This document shows, one piece after another, positions 36,755-45,997 of a stretch of 63,768 bases of DNA. The stretch's first letter is position 1; the number at the start of each line of letters is the position of its first letter. The stretch covers positions 1-63,768 of the forward strand of contig JAZOSP010000122.1 of assembly GCA_045657165.1 (NCBI GenBank), given 5' to 3'. The notes below the pieces were generated by a model. The model made no database searches and was not told the DNA's origin. It worked only from the letters and a program-made list of their open reading frames with translations. Source of the DNA: Eubacteriales bacterium (GTDB lineage: Bacteria > Bacillota > Clostridia > Oscillospirales > CAG-272). The position numbers were made by a program, and so were the translations under genes.

Positions 36755-37846
36755 ATGAGTAAGAATGAGCAAATTGACACTCAGGAAAATCAGGTAAAGA
36801 AAAACCCGATAGTGAATCTGTTTTCCAAAATTGTGGCCTTCTTCGTGGCTATCCCAGGCTTCTTTATGAAGACTCCTGAGTACTTCAAGTCCTTTGGGCT
36901 TGGTGTTAAGGATTTCTTCGTTGGACTTTTCTCAAAGAAGGCGTCTCTCGACGCAAGGAAGGCGAGGGCGGGATATCTATTCGTCCTTCCCTTCATTCTC
37001 GGTGTGGTTCTGATCTATCTGCCGATACTTATTGACTCTATTTGCTTTAGCTTTAACACAATCGGATATGAGATGATAGGCGGCCTTTCGCACATAAAGC
37101 TTGACTTCGTCGGATTCGAATATTATGCCAAGGCATTTGAGACAGAGTCCTTTACGGTTATGCTTTTGAGCAGTGTGCAGCAGCTTGTATTCGAGGTGCC
37201 CGCAATTATAGTATTCTCGCTCTTCATAGCAGTTGTGCTTAACCAGAAGATGCTCGGCAGAGCTGCCTTTCGTGCGATCTTCTTCGTTCCGGTTATTATC
37301 GCTACCGGTATTATGGAGTCCATAGATGCAAGCGACATTATGAAAGGCAGCGCGGGCTCTGGAATCAACGACGGCTCCGGCGGATCCGGCGGCACGGAGA
37401 TTATCTCCATGCTTGACGTTCAGGCTCTCTTCAAGAGCATGAAAATCGGCGGAGAGCTCGTTGAATACGTCGTTCAGATAGTTAATAACGTTTACAGCAT
37501 TATTAACTACTCAGGCGTACAGATGCTTATCTTCCTTGCGGGTCTTCAGTCGATATCGCCCTCGATTTACGAGGCGTGCCGTATCGACGGTGCAACCGGA
37601 TGGGAAACGTTCTGGAAGGTTACCTTCCCGATGATATCTCCCATGATACTTGTAAATGCGGTTTACACTATAATAGACTCGTTTACGAGAGCAACCAACC
37701 CGATGATAACCTTCCTTAAGGACTTTGCAGGTAACGACAGCCAGAAGGTTGCGATGTATTGGATTTATTTTGTGATAGTAATGCTGATAATCGGTGTGTT
37801 CGCCTTGATTGCATCGTCGTTCGTGTTCTATCAAAGAAGAGATTAA
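36755..37846 (+). CDS. Carbohydrate ABC transporter permease (MalF-like) with N-terminal amphipathic extension
   Basis: FRAIFFVP, SIYEACRIDGA and FWKVTFP motifs. Confidence 0.92.
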   Translation: MSKNEQIDTQENQVKKNPIVNLFSKIVAFFVAIPGFFMKTPEYFKSFGLGVKDFFVGLFSKKASLDARKARAGYLFVLPFILGVVLIYLPILIDSICFSFNTIGYEMIGGLSHIKLDFVGFEYYAKAFETESFTVMLLSSVQQLVFEVPAIIVFSLFIAVVLNQKMLGRAAFRAIFFVPVIIATGIMESIDASDIMKGSAGSGINDGSGGSGGTEIISMLDVQALFKSMKIGGELVEYVVQIVNNVYSIINYSGVQMLIFLAGLQSISPSIYEACRIDGATGWETFWKVTFPMISPMILVNAVYTIIDSFTRATNPMITFLKDFAGNDSQKVAMYWIYFVIVMLIIGVFALIASSFVFYQRRD

Positions 37847-37858
37847 GGAGGTGCTGAT

Positions 37859-38902
37859 ATGGATTCTAAACCCGTTATAACTAAAGAAACAAAAAATAAA
37901 ATCCATGTTGACTACGAGGGCAAGCTTACCCTCAAGGAACGCCTTCTTAAGAAGATTCAGACCTCTCACACATGGATAAAGGGCGTTGTGAACGTATTCA
38001 GATTCGTTCTCATGCTTGGTGTGTCCTACGTAATTCTGTTCCCGTTCTTCTCGAAGATTGCGGGCTCGTTTATGAGCAAATCGGACGTCGTGGATGCGAC
38101 AGTATCGCTTATTCCGAAGAATCCCACGCTTGAGATATATCGAGCTATTATCGTTGATAATGCATATTTCACAGCGTTCTTCAACACGCTTCTTCTGTCG
38201 CTTAGCTGTGCGCTTATTCAGACCTTCATAGCCTGCCTTATAGGCTACGGTCTTGCCAAGTTCAAGTTTAAGGGCAACGGTCTTGTAATGGCTACCGTTA
38301 TAATAACGATGATTATTCCTCACAGCGCGCTTGAGCTTTCGCTTGTGCAGCACTTCACATCGTTTGATCCCGGTGTGGTAATTGCCTCGGGTATTCCCGG
38401 AATTTTTGAGCTGATTACCGGTTCAGGGCTTCATCTTGAGAATACCTTTGCACCACTGATTATAATGTCACTTGGCGGTATAGCATTTAAGAACGGACTT
38501 TATATCTATCTTCTCCGTCAGTTCTTCAAGGGTGTCCCCGATGAGCTTGAGGAGTCGGCATACGTTGACGGATCGGGTGTTTTCCGCACCTTCTTCCAGA
38601 TAATTCTGCCGCTTTCCGTGCCTATGATGATCACGGTGTTCCTCTTCTCGTTCTCGTGGCAGTGGACTGACCAGTTCTATACCTCGACCTTCTTCCTTGG
38701 CGCAGATAAGATGTGGCTCATGCCCGACCTTATCGAGAATATTCCTGCGTCCCTCAAGACGAACTACGCAGGCAAGGCTCTTTACGAGAACGTTATACAA
38801 AACACAGCGGGTATTATGATTATAGCACCCCTTGTTGTAATGTATCTTTTCTGCCAGAAATATCTCGTACAGGGTATCGAGCGTTCCGGTCTTGTTGGAT
38901 AA
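37859..38902 (+). CDS. Carbohydrate ABC transporter permease (MalG-like)
   Basis: GYGLAKFKFKG, ELEESAYVDG and QKYLVQGIERSG motifs. Confidence 0.92.
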   Translation: MDSKPVITKETKNKIHVDYEGKLTLKERLLKKIQTSHTWIKGVVNVFRFVLMLGVSYVILFPFFSKIAGSFMSKSDVVDATVSLIPKNPTLEIYRAIIVDNAYFTAFFNTLLLSLSCALIQTFIACLIGYGLAKFKFKGNGLVMATVIITMIIPHSALELSLVQHFTSFDPGVVIASGIPGIFELITGSGLHLENTFAPLIIMSLGGIAFKNGLYIYLLRQFFKGVPDELEESAYVDGSGVFRTFFQIILPLSVPMMITVFLFSFSWQWTDQFYTSTFFLGADKMWLMPDLIENIPASLKTNYAGKALYENVIQNTAGIMIIAPLVVMYLFCQKYLVQGIERSGLVG

Positions 38903-38934
38903 GGATACGGCTTGTTATCAGAAAAGCAAAAAAG

Positions 38935-38963
38935 AAAGAGCGACGGATTCCGTCGCTCTTTTG
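38935..38963. terminator. Bidirectional terminator between the uptake operon and the aro operon
   Basis: AAAGAGCGACGG / CCGTCGCTCTTT flanked by A- and T-runs. Confidence 0.85.
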
Positions 38964-38969
38964 AATTTA

Positions 38970-40001
38970 TCAAAGAACATCTGCTATATCGTATATGAGT
39001 CTCTCGGTTTTTTCCCAGCCAAGACATGGGTCGGTAACCGATTTCCCGGGTACGGGGTTGTCACAAATCTTCTGTGCGCCGTCTTCGATGTAGCTTTCTA
39101 TCATAAGTCCCTTGACGATTTTCTTTATATCATTGCAGTGGCGGCAGCTGTGAAGAACCTCTTTTGAAATTCTTATCTGCTCAAGGTACTGCTTTCCCGA
39201 GTTCGCATGGTTAGTATCGACCACCACCGCAGGATTGTCAAGCCCTGAGTTCATATAGATCTCATAAAGGTTGTAGAGGTCCTCGTAGTGATAGTTCGGG
39301 TGAGACTTGCCCTGCTTGTCAACGTACCCGCGCAGTATCGCGTGCGCGTACGGGTTACCCTGACTTTTCACCTCCCAGCCGCGGTAAAGGAATACGTGCG
39401 AGGACTGTGCTGCCTTAATCGAGTTTATCATAACCGAAATGTCACCGCCCGTTGGGTTTTTCATGCCTACGGGAACGTCAAGACCGCTCGCGGTGAGCCT
39501 GTGCTGCTGGTCCTCAACCGAGCGTGCCCCGACCGCCGTATAGGCGAGCACGTCGGAAAGATATCTGTGATTTTCGGGGTAGAGCATTTCGTCAGCGCAG
39601 GCAAAGCCTGTCTCCGAGAGCGCTCTCATATGAAGCTTTCTTATAGCTATAAGCCCTTTAAGAAGATCGGGCTTCTCGTTGGGGTTTGGTTGGTGAAGCA
39701 TACCCTTGTAGCCTTCACCCGTGGTACGGGGCTTGTTAGTGTATATTCTCGGCACTATCATTATCTTGTCCGCGACACGCTCGGAGACGGTACGAAGCCT
39801 GTAAATATAATCGAGCACCGTGTCCTCGTTGTCGGCAGAGCAGGGACCTATCACGAGAAGGAACTTGTCTGATTCTCCCGTGAATATTTTTCTTAACTGT
39901 TCGAGCTGAGCCTCTCTTCTCTTTGCAAGCTCGGGGGTTATGGGAAACTGCTCCTTTATATCCTTTGGTATCGGGAGCTTTCTGTAAAATTCCATATTCA
40001 T
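38970..40001 (-). CDS. aroF: 3-deoxy-7-phosphoheptulonate (DAHP) synthase, class I-alpha
   Basis: IGPCS, KPRT, VGARS, GMKNPT, ILRG, HANS and TDPCLGW motifs. Confidence 0.92.
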   Translation of the reverse strand: MNMEFYRKLPIPKDIKEQFPITPELAKRREAQLEQLRKIFTGESDKFLLVIGPCSADNEDTVLDYIYRLRTVSERVADKIMIVPRIYTNKPRTTGEGYKGMLHQPNPNEKPDLLKGLIAIRKLHMRALSETGFACADEMLYPENHRYLSDVLAYTAVGARSVEDQQHRLTASGLDVPVGMKNPTGGDISVMINSIKAAQSSHVFLYRGWEVKSQGNPYAHAILRGYVDKQGKSHPNYHYEDLYNLYEIYMNSGLDNPAVVVDTNHANSGKQYLEQIRISKEVLHSCRHCNDIKKIVKGLMIESYIEDGAQKICDNPVPGKSVTDPCLGWEKTERLIYDIADVL

Positions 40002-40021
40002 AAGCGTTTTCCTCTTGTATC

Positions 40022-40885
40022 TTAGGGTGTGGGCTTGTCAAAGAGCGAGCGCCTCTCGGTGGAGGAGCGCATTTTTTTGCGCATTGCCTCGGCGTCTTCC
40101 TTTTCAATCAGCTCCTTGAAGTCCTGAAATTCCTTTATAAATTTATCCATCTCGCAAATGAGGGCGTCCTTGTTCATTATAAAAAGCTCGCTCCACATTC
40201 GGTCGTTTATCTTTGCTATCCTCGTTAAATCCCTGAATGAGTCACCCGTATATTTTTCAAGATTCGGTGTGTCGTTGCAGGTCATAAGGGTGACGGCAAT
40301 ACAGTGAGTGAGCTGAGAGAGGAATGCAATCATTCTGTCATGCTCCTCTACTGTAAGTGTGGAGATTTTCGCAAATCCGAGCACCTCGCCGAGCCTTTTT
40401 GCGATCTCTATACTCTCCTTGGTGTTTTTCTCCGTCGGAGTTATTATGAAGTTCGCGCCCTTGAAAACCTTCGCGTCGCTAAACTCCACACCGCTTCGCT
40501 CGCGGCCTGCCATCGGGTGAGCCGAGATGAATTCAATGCCCTCGGGAAGCATATTCTGTACGCGGCTAACGACACTTGATTTTACGCCCGTAACGTCGGT
40601 TATGAGAGTGCCACGGCTCATGAGATGACCGTGTTTTTCAATCCAGTCGATAAAGACTGTCGGATAGAGAGCAAAGATTATGAGGTCCGCATCCCTGACG
40701 AGTTCTTCTTTTACCTCGGTTGCTCCGTATTCAATCATTCCGTGCTCAAGAGCGTAGTCTACGTCGTGCGCTTCCTTGGTAATGCATTTTACGTGATATC
40801 CTGCCTCGGAAAGAGCCGCCGCGTATCCGCCGCCTATTACTCCGAGACCAATAATAAGTATTTTCGTGTCTTTGTTAAAATTCAT
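40022..40885 (-). CDS. tyrA: Prephenate dehydrogenase
   Basis: GLGVIGG, DVTGVK, HPMAGRE, EHD, SQLTH and FRDLTRIA motifs. Confidence 0.93.
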   Translation of the reverse strand: MNFNKDTKILIIGLGVIGGGYAAALSEAGYHVKCITKEAHDVDYALEHGMIEYGATEVKEELVRDADLIIFALYPTVFIDWIEKHGHLMSRGTLITDVTGVKSSVVSRVQNMLPEGIEFISAHPMAGRERSGVEFSDAKVFKGANFIITPTEKNTKESIEIAKRLGEVLGFAKISTLTVEEHDRMIAFLSQLTHCIAVTLMTCNDTPNLEKYTGDSFRDLTRIAKINDRMWSELFIMNKDALICEMDKFIKEFQDFKELIEKEDAEAMRKKMRSSTERRSLFDKPTP

Positions 40886-40900
40886 ACAGTTTTCCTTGAT

Positions 40901-42112
40901 TTATTCTACCGTCTCACATCTTATTCCAAGACGGGAGAGGTCCGAGAAAAAGTCGGGGTAGCTTTTGCTTATTGCCTCAGCTCCATCTATCACACCGCCT
41001 GTTAGGGTCGCAAGCACGGCAAGCGACATAACAATCCTATGGTCGTTGTGGGCACAGAGCTCCTCTTTTGGAGTATGAAGCTCGCCTCCTGCGACTGTAA
41101 CGCTGTTATCCGAAAGTGTGAGCTTAACACCGAACTTTGAAAGCTCCTCTGCCATCACTGCGGCTCGGTCGCTTTCCTTTATCTGAAGCCGCTTCGTCCC
41201 AACGAAGGTTGCACCGCCAAGTGCCGCCGCAACCGCAAAGAGTATCGGTCCGAGGTCGGGGCAGTCGCTTATATCAATTACGGCAGAGCCGCGGCGTATA
41301 GAGTAAAACAGCTCGTCTGCCACCCTGTCACCCTGCAGACTGTCGGGCAAAAGCCCCTCGACTCTGACACTCGCACCGAGATGATTCAGCGCAAGCAGAA
41401 ATGCCGCACCAGAGTAGTCGCCCTCGACCGTAACGTCAGACGGGATATACTTTTGACCACCCCTTACATAGAGTGTCTGCTCGCTTTCCCAGACTATCTC
41501 GACGCCAAATGCAGCAAGCGCCGCACGGGTAAGCTCAACGTATGAGCGACTTTCAAGACCTGTGGTTATTATTATTCTTGAATCATCGGGCAGAGTAGGG
41601 AGTGCAAGCATAAGTCCTGTTATGAACTGACTGCTGACGTTGCCGGGCAAGGAGTATTCGCCTGCCGAAAGAGGACCCATGACCTTTATTTCGCCATTAG
41701 CGCGGGAAAGTGTGAGTCCGCGATTCTTTGCAATATCCTCATAAACCGAAAGCGGCCGCTCGAGCAACCGCGCAGCGCCGCGGAGCGTTACAGAGTTGCC
41801 GGAGAGTAGGGCAAGCGGTATCATAAACCGCAGAGTGCTTCCGCTCTCTCGGCAGAGAAGCGGGGAGGTGGGGCTCGCAGAGGCAAAATTTATGCCGCGC
41901 ACCCTCATATCCTCGCCGCACCTCGTTATCTTGACTCCCATGCTGCGAAGACAGTCTACGGTCGCAAGCACGTCCTCGCATTCGGGAACGCGTCTGACCG
42001 TGCTCTCACCGTCGCACATTGCCGCTGCAATGAGGAGTCTGTGTGCCATGCTCTTTGACGCAGGGGCGAGAACCTCTCCGTTTGCTATGCCTTTGTGTAT
42101 CTTAATTTTCAT
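40901..42112 (-). CDS. aroA: EPSP synthase
   Basis: PASKSMAHR, ESGSTLRF, SSQF, KESDR and DHRIVM motifs. Confidence 0.95.
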   Translation of the reverse strand: MKIKIHKGIANGEVLAPASKSMAHRLLIAAAMCDGESTVRRVPECEDVLATVDCLRSMGVKITRCGEDMRVRGINFASASPTSPLLCRESGSTLRFMIPLALLSGNSVTLRGAARLLERPLSVYEDIAKNRGLTLSRANGEIKVMGPLSAGEYSLPGNVSSQFITGLMLALPTLPDDSRIIITTGLESRSYVELTRAALAAFGVEIVWESEQTLYVRGGQKYIPSDVTVEGDYSGAAFLLALNHLGASVRVEGLLPDSLQGDRVADELFYSIRRGSAVIDISDCPDLGPILFAVAAALGGATFVGTKRLQIKESDRAAVMAEELSKFGVKLTLSDNSVTVAGGELHTPKEELCAHNDHRIVMSLAVLATLTGGVIDGAEAISKSYPDFFSDLSRLGIRCETVE

Positions 42113-42548
42113 TTCTCGAAAGCATCTCCGAAAGATAATCTATTGCCTCAAGGTAGCCAGCCGTGCCGTGACCGGTTACAGTCTTTACGCATGCACGCCT
42201 AATGTAGCTTGTCTGGCGGAAATCCTCGCGCTCCTCGACCTTTGAGATGTGCACCTCAACGGTTGGTAGAGAGGTTGAGAGAACTGCGTCAAGGATGGCT
42301 ATGCTCGTATGGGTGTAAGCTCCCGGGTTTATGACTATACCGTCTGCTCCTTCAAAATAGGCTTCCTGTATTTTGTCAACAAGGTCACCCTCGTGGTTTG
42401 ATTGGAAGAAGATCGGCGTAATGCCGCGTTCACAGCAGTGCGCGCGTATCAGCTCTGTAAGCTCTGCATAGCCGGTTTTGCCGTACTTGTCGGGCTCTCT
42501 TATGCCAAGCATATTGAGGTTTGGTCCGTTTATTATATAAAGCTTCAT
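42102..42548 (-). CDS. aroQ: Type II 3-dehydroquinate dehydratase
   Basis: NGPNLNMLGIREP, QSNHEG, NPGAYTHTS and EVHIS motifs; ATG at 42548 overlaps the upstream stop. Confidence 0.95.
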   Translation of the reverse strand: MKLYIINGPNLNMLGIREPDKYGKTGYAELTELIRAHCCERGITPIFFQSNHEGDLVDKIQEAYFEGADGIVINPGAYTHTSIAILDAVLSTSLPTVEVHISKVEEREDFRQTSYIRRACVKTVTGHGTAGYLEAIDYLSEMLSRNEN

Positions 42549-43780
42549 TTTATATGATCTCCGATGATTTTTTCTGCGACGCACTCGGGTGGGATGTCGG
42601 CGCTTATTTGCACGTCGGCGGTCGATAGATAAATTGGATAGCGCTCCTTGTAGCGCTGAAAAATAGCCTCGCGCGTGCTTGAAAGAGGTCGCGTGTCGGT
42701 TGGAATGAGTGCCTCAGGGGGTCTGTCAATAAAATATATCCGCCCGTTTGCAGAGAGGGCGTCGATGTTTTCCTTCTTCAAAACAGCGCCGCCGCCCGTT
42801 GCAATAACCACGGAGCTTTTAAGCGACGCCGTTCTTATCGCCTCGGTCTCAAGCCTTCTGAACTCTGCCTCACCGCGCTTTTTGAAAATCTCGGCAATTT
42901 CCATGCCTGTGCTGCTGACTACCATCGCGTCTGTGTCGATAAGCTCTCTTCCGAGTTTTTTTGCTATAATAGCACCTACGGTGCTCTTGCCCGAGGCGGG
43001 CATTCCCGTAAGAACTATGTTTTCCTTTTTCCTGCAAAGCAGGGTGTAAATATCGTCTATGCGCCCGTCTTCATATTTCATATCAAGGAATATCTCCGAG
43101 GCGCGCACAGCCTGTCCAACGAGCATGTAAAGACCGCCCTCTGCGGGAATACCGAGTGCTTTTGCACTGCGTACAAGGGGTGTCCTCACAGGGTTGTAAA
43201 CCGCGTCGATAACACCCGTAAGTATATGGAAGCGCGAGGGGTCAACGGGCTTATCAAAGGCACTCGGAAACATACCGACGGGGGTCGTGTTAATTATAAC
43301 CTCGCAGTCGGAGTGCTCACTGTAAAGCGCCTCGTAGCTTACCGATTCGCCGCCCCTGCGGCTTACGGTAATTATTTTGGCAGCCCCCTGTGACTCGGCT
43401 ACCGCGCGCGCGGTCTTCGACGTGCCGCCTGTGCCGAGAATGGCAACCTTGCGCCCTGCGAGTGTCACGCCTGCGTGTTTTATCAGCGCCGACATTCCAT
43501 AGAAATCAGTATTGTAGCCGTAAAGCCTGCCGCCCCGGTTGACGACAGTATTGACGGCACCGATTTTTTTTGCCGCCTCGTCAATATAGTCAAGGTGGGG
43601 GATGACCCTCTCCTTGTACGGTATAGTAACGTTTATTCCAAGGAAATCACGCTCGGTCATAAAGGCGTCAAGTGCCTCACAGGGAATCTCTGTGAGGTTG
43701 TATTCATAATCGCCGAGATGTGCGTGAATTTCGGCAGAGAAGCTGTGTCCGAGCTTCTCGCCTATAAGACCGTATTTCAT
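42545..43780 (-). CDS. aroE-aroK: Shikimate dehydrogenase-shikimate kinase fusion
   Basis: N-terminal HSFS, NVTIPYK, GAVNT and NTD motifs; C-terminal GMPASGKST P-loop, FRRLE, ATGGG and RPL motifs. Confidence 0.92.
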   Translation of the reverse strand: MKYGLIGEKLGHSFSAEIHAHLGDYEYNLTEIPCEALDAFMTERDFLGINVTIPYKERVIPHLDYIDEAAKKIGAVNTVVNRGGRLYGYNTDFYGMSALIKHAGVTLAGRKVAILGTGGTSKTARAVAESQGAAKIITVSRRGGESVSYEALYSEHSDCEVIINTTPVGMFPSAFDKPVDPSRFHILTGVIDAVYNPVRTPLVRSAKALGIPAEGGLYMLVGQAVRASEIFLDMKYEDGRIDDIYTLLCRKKENIVLTGMPASGKSTVGAIIAKKLGRELIDTDAMVVSSTGMEIAEIFKKRGEAEFRRLETEAIRTASLKSSVVIATGGGAVLKKENIDALSANGRIYFIDRPPEALIPTDTRPLSSTREAIFQRYKERYPIYLSTADVQISADIPPECVAEKIIGDHIK

Positions 43781-43842
43781 AATTTATCCTGTAATTAGAA
43801 ATTTTTACGGCTTAAAAAGCCGCGAAAATGTAAACAATTATT

Positions 43843-44940
43843 TTAATTTTTGTCGCTTGTAAGATAATCTGTGCCGAATCTTGTTGCAAGCAGGTCGGCT
43901 ATAACGATTGCTGTTACAGCGTCTACTACAGCCGCTGCTCTTTGGACGATACAGGGGTCGTGCCTGCCCTCAATGGACAGGGTTGTGTTCTCAAGGGTCA
44001 AAAGGTCAACGCTTTTTTGCTCCTTATATATCGACGGGGTGGGCTTGACGGCACACCTGAAAAGAATTGGCATACCGTTTGTGATACCGCCGTTTATTCC
44101 GCCGTTATTGTTGGTTTCGGTGACAACCTTGCCATTCGATATCCTTAATGGGTCGTTTGCCTCACTGCCGAATTTTTCAGCAAGCGTGAAGCCGAGTCCA
44201 AACTCGACTCCCTTGACCGCAGGGATAGCGAAGAGCGCGTGCGAGAGCATACTCTCGACGGTGTCAAACCACGGCTCGCCAACACCTGACGGCACACCGC
44301 ATACAAGCGTTTCAAGAATACCTCCCACGCTGTCACCGACCTCTGCCGCTGCTTCTGCAGCGCGGCGCATATAAGTCTCCGCCTCCTCTGTAAGGGTGGG
44401 AAAGCTTCTTTTTGCGAGCAGCTTAACGTCGGATACGTCGCGAATACCTCTCTCGCCTATGCCGTGAAGCGAGGAGACGTGAGTGCCGATTTTGATGCCC
44501 TTTGCCTCGAGGGCATACTCGAGTATCGCTCCTGCGGCAACGAGGGCAGCCGTGATTCTACCCGAAAAATGACCGCCGCCTCTCGGGTCCTGAAAGCCGT
44601 GATACTTACACTCTGCGGTATAGTCTGCGTGTCCCGGACGGGGAATTGCCTTTATCGAGTCGTAATCTGCGCTCTTCTTATTAGTATTGGGAATGAGAAT
44701 ACAAAGCGGCGTGCCCGTAGTGAATCCTCGATATGCGCCGCTTACGATTTTATATTCGTCTGCCTCTACGCGTGAGGTCGAAATTCTGCCCGAGGGACGT
44801 CTTTTTGCAAGTCGTTCCTTTATGTATTCGCCGTCAATTTTAATACCCGGAGCAAGTCCGTCAAGCACCGCACCGATAAAGTCGCCGTGGCTTTCTCCGA
44901 ATAGGGTGACGGTTATGCTGTTTCCAAACGTGTTTTTCAA
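43843..44940 (-). CDS. aroC: Chorismate synthase
   Basis: GESHG, RPGHAD, KPTPSI and GRHDPC motifs; TTG start after AAGGAG. Confidence 0.95.
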   Translation of the reverse strand: MKNTFGNSITVTLFGESHGDFIGAVLDGLAPGIKIDGEYIKERLAKRRPSGRISTSRVEADEYKIVSGAYRGFTTGTPLCILIPNTNKKSADYDSIKAIPRPGHADYTAECKYHGFQDPRGGGHFSGRITAALVAAGAILEYALEAKGIKIGTHVSSLHGIGERGIRDVSDVKLLAKRSFPTLTEEAETYMRRAAEAAAEVGDSVGGILETLVCGVPSGVGEPWFDTVESMLSHALFAIPAVKGVEFGLGFTLAEKFGSEANDPLRISNGKVVTETNNNGGINGGITNGMPILFRCAVKPTPSIYKEQKSVDLLTLENTTLSIEGRHDPCIVQRAAAVVDAVTAIVIADLLATRFGTDYLTSDKN

Positions 44941-44961
44941 GGGGGGGAATCTCCTTAAAGC

Positions 44962-45981
44962 TTATTTGAGAGGGGTTTCTCTTACGAGCTCGGCAAACTT
45001 GTGTGAGTACATTTTCTTTATTTCAAACTTGCCGACACTCGGTACGAGCACCACGCTGATTTTCTTTCCCTCACATTTTTTGTCGTGCTCGACAAGTCTT
45101 AGCGCCGAGTCAATATTACCGCTATAAGACGTTGGCAGTCCGAGCTTTTTCAAAACCGGCACAAGCCTTGCACGCACCTCGTCGGATACGACGGGGAGCA
45201 TACCTATCGCAACGCATTCGCCGTGATAGTAGTCGCTCATTCCCGTGTCCGCCTCAATAGCGTGTCCGAGCGTGTGACCGAGGTTGAGAATTTTCCTGAG
45301 CCCCGACTCGCGCTCGTCCTCCTCGACGACCGCTTTTTTTATTTTAAGCGAGGATACGATAATTTCCTCGATGTTTTCGCCGCATACACCCTCATACTCA
45401 AAGCGGGCGAAAAGAGCTGCGTCAGAGGTAAGTGACATCTTTACCGCCTCGGCAAGCCCGTTTGCAATCTGCCTTTCGGGGAGGGTTTTCAGCGTATCAA
45501 TATCAATTATAACACCGCGGGGCTGATGAAAGGCGCCGACGATATTCTTAACACCCGCGTGATTTATGGCGCATTTGCCGCCGATAGAGGAGTCTACCTG
45601 CGAGAGGAGCGTCGTGGGGACGTTGTAAAAATCAATGCCCCTCATATAGCTTGCCGCCACGAATCCCGTGAGGTCTCCGACAACACCGCCGCCGACGGCT
45701 ACCGCACAGTCGCTTCTTGTCATTTTGAAATCGGTCATCTCGGCAAGAAGCCGTGAGTAGGTGTCAATGCTCTTCGAGCCCTCGCCCTCGGGCACGGTCA
45801 GAATTTTTGACTCCTTAGCTAAGGACGCCACCTGCCTTGCGTATTCCGCGGGGACACCCGAATCTGTGACTATAAAAACGCGGCGGTCAAGGTTAAAAAG
45901 CTCACCCGCACGGGCAAGCGTACCGCGGCCGACGTTTATATCGTAGCCTCGCTCGCCGAGGCTCATATGTAAGGTCGTCAT
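44962..45981 (-). CDS. aroB: 3-dehydroquinate synthase
   Basis: GGGVVGDL, PTTLLSQVDSSIGGK and LNLGHTLGHAIE motifs. Confidence 0.96.
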   Translation of the reverse strand: MTTLHMSLGERGYDINVGRGTLARAGELFNLDRRVFIVTDSGVPAEYARQVASLAKESKILTVPEGEGSKSIDTYSRLLAEMTDFKMTRSDCAVAVGGGVVGDLTGFVAASYMRGIDFYNVPTTLLSQVDSSIGGKCAINHAGVKNIVGAFHQPRGVIIDIDTLKTLPERQIANGLAEAVKMSLTSDAALFARFEYEGVCGENIEEIIVSSLKIKKAVVEEDERESGLRKILNLGHTLGHAIEADTGMSDYYHGECVAIGMLPVVSDEVRARLVPVLKKLGLPTSYSGNIDSALRLVEHDKKCEGKKISVVLVPSVGKFEIKKMYSHKFAELVRETPLK

Positions 45982-45997
45982 TCCTTCTCCTTTTAGC

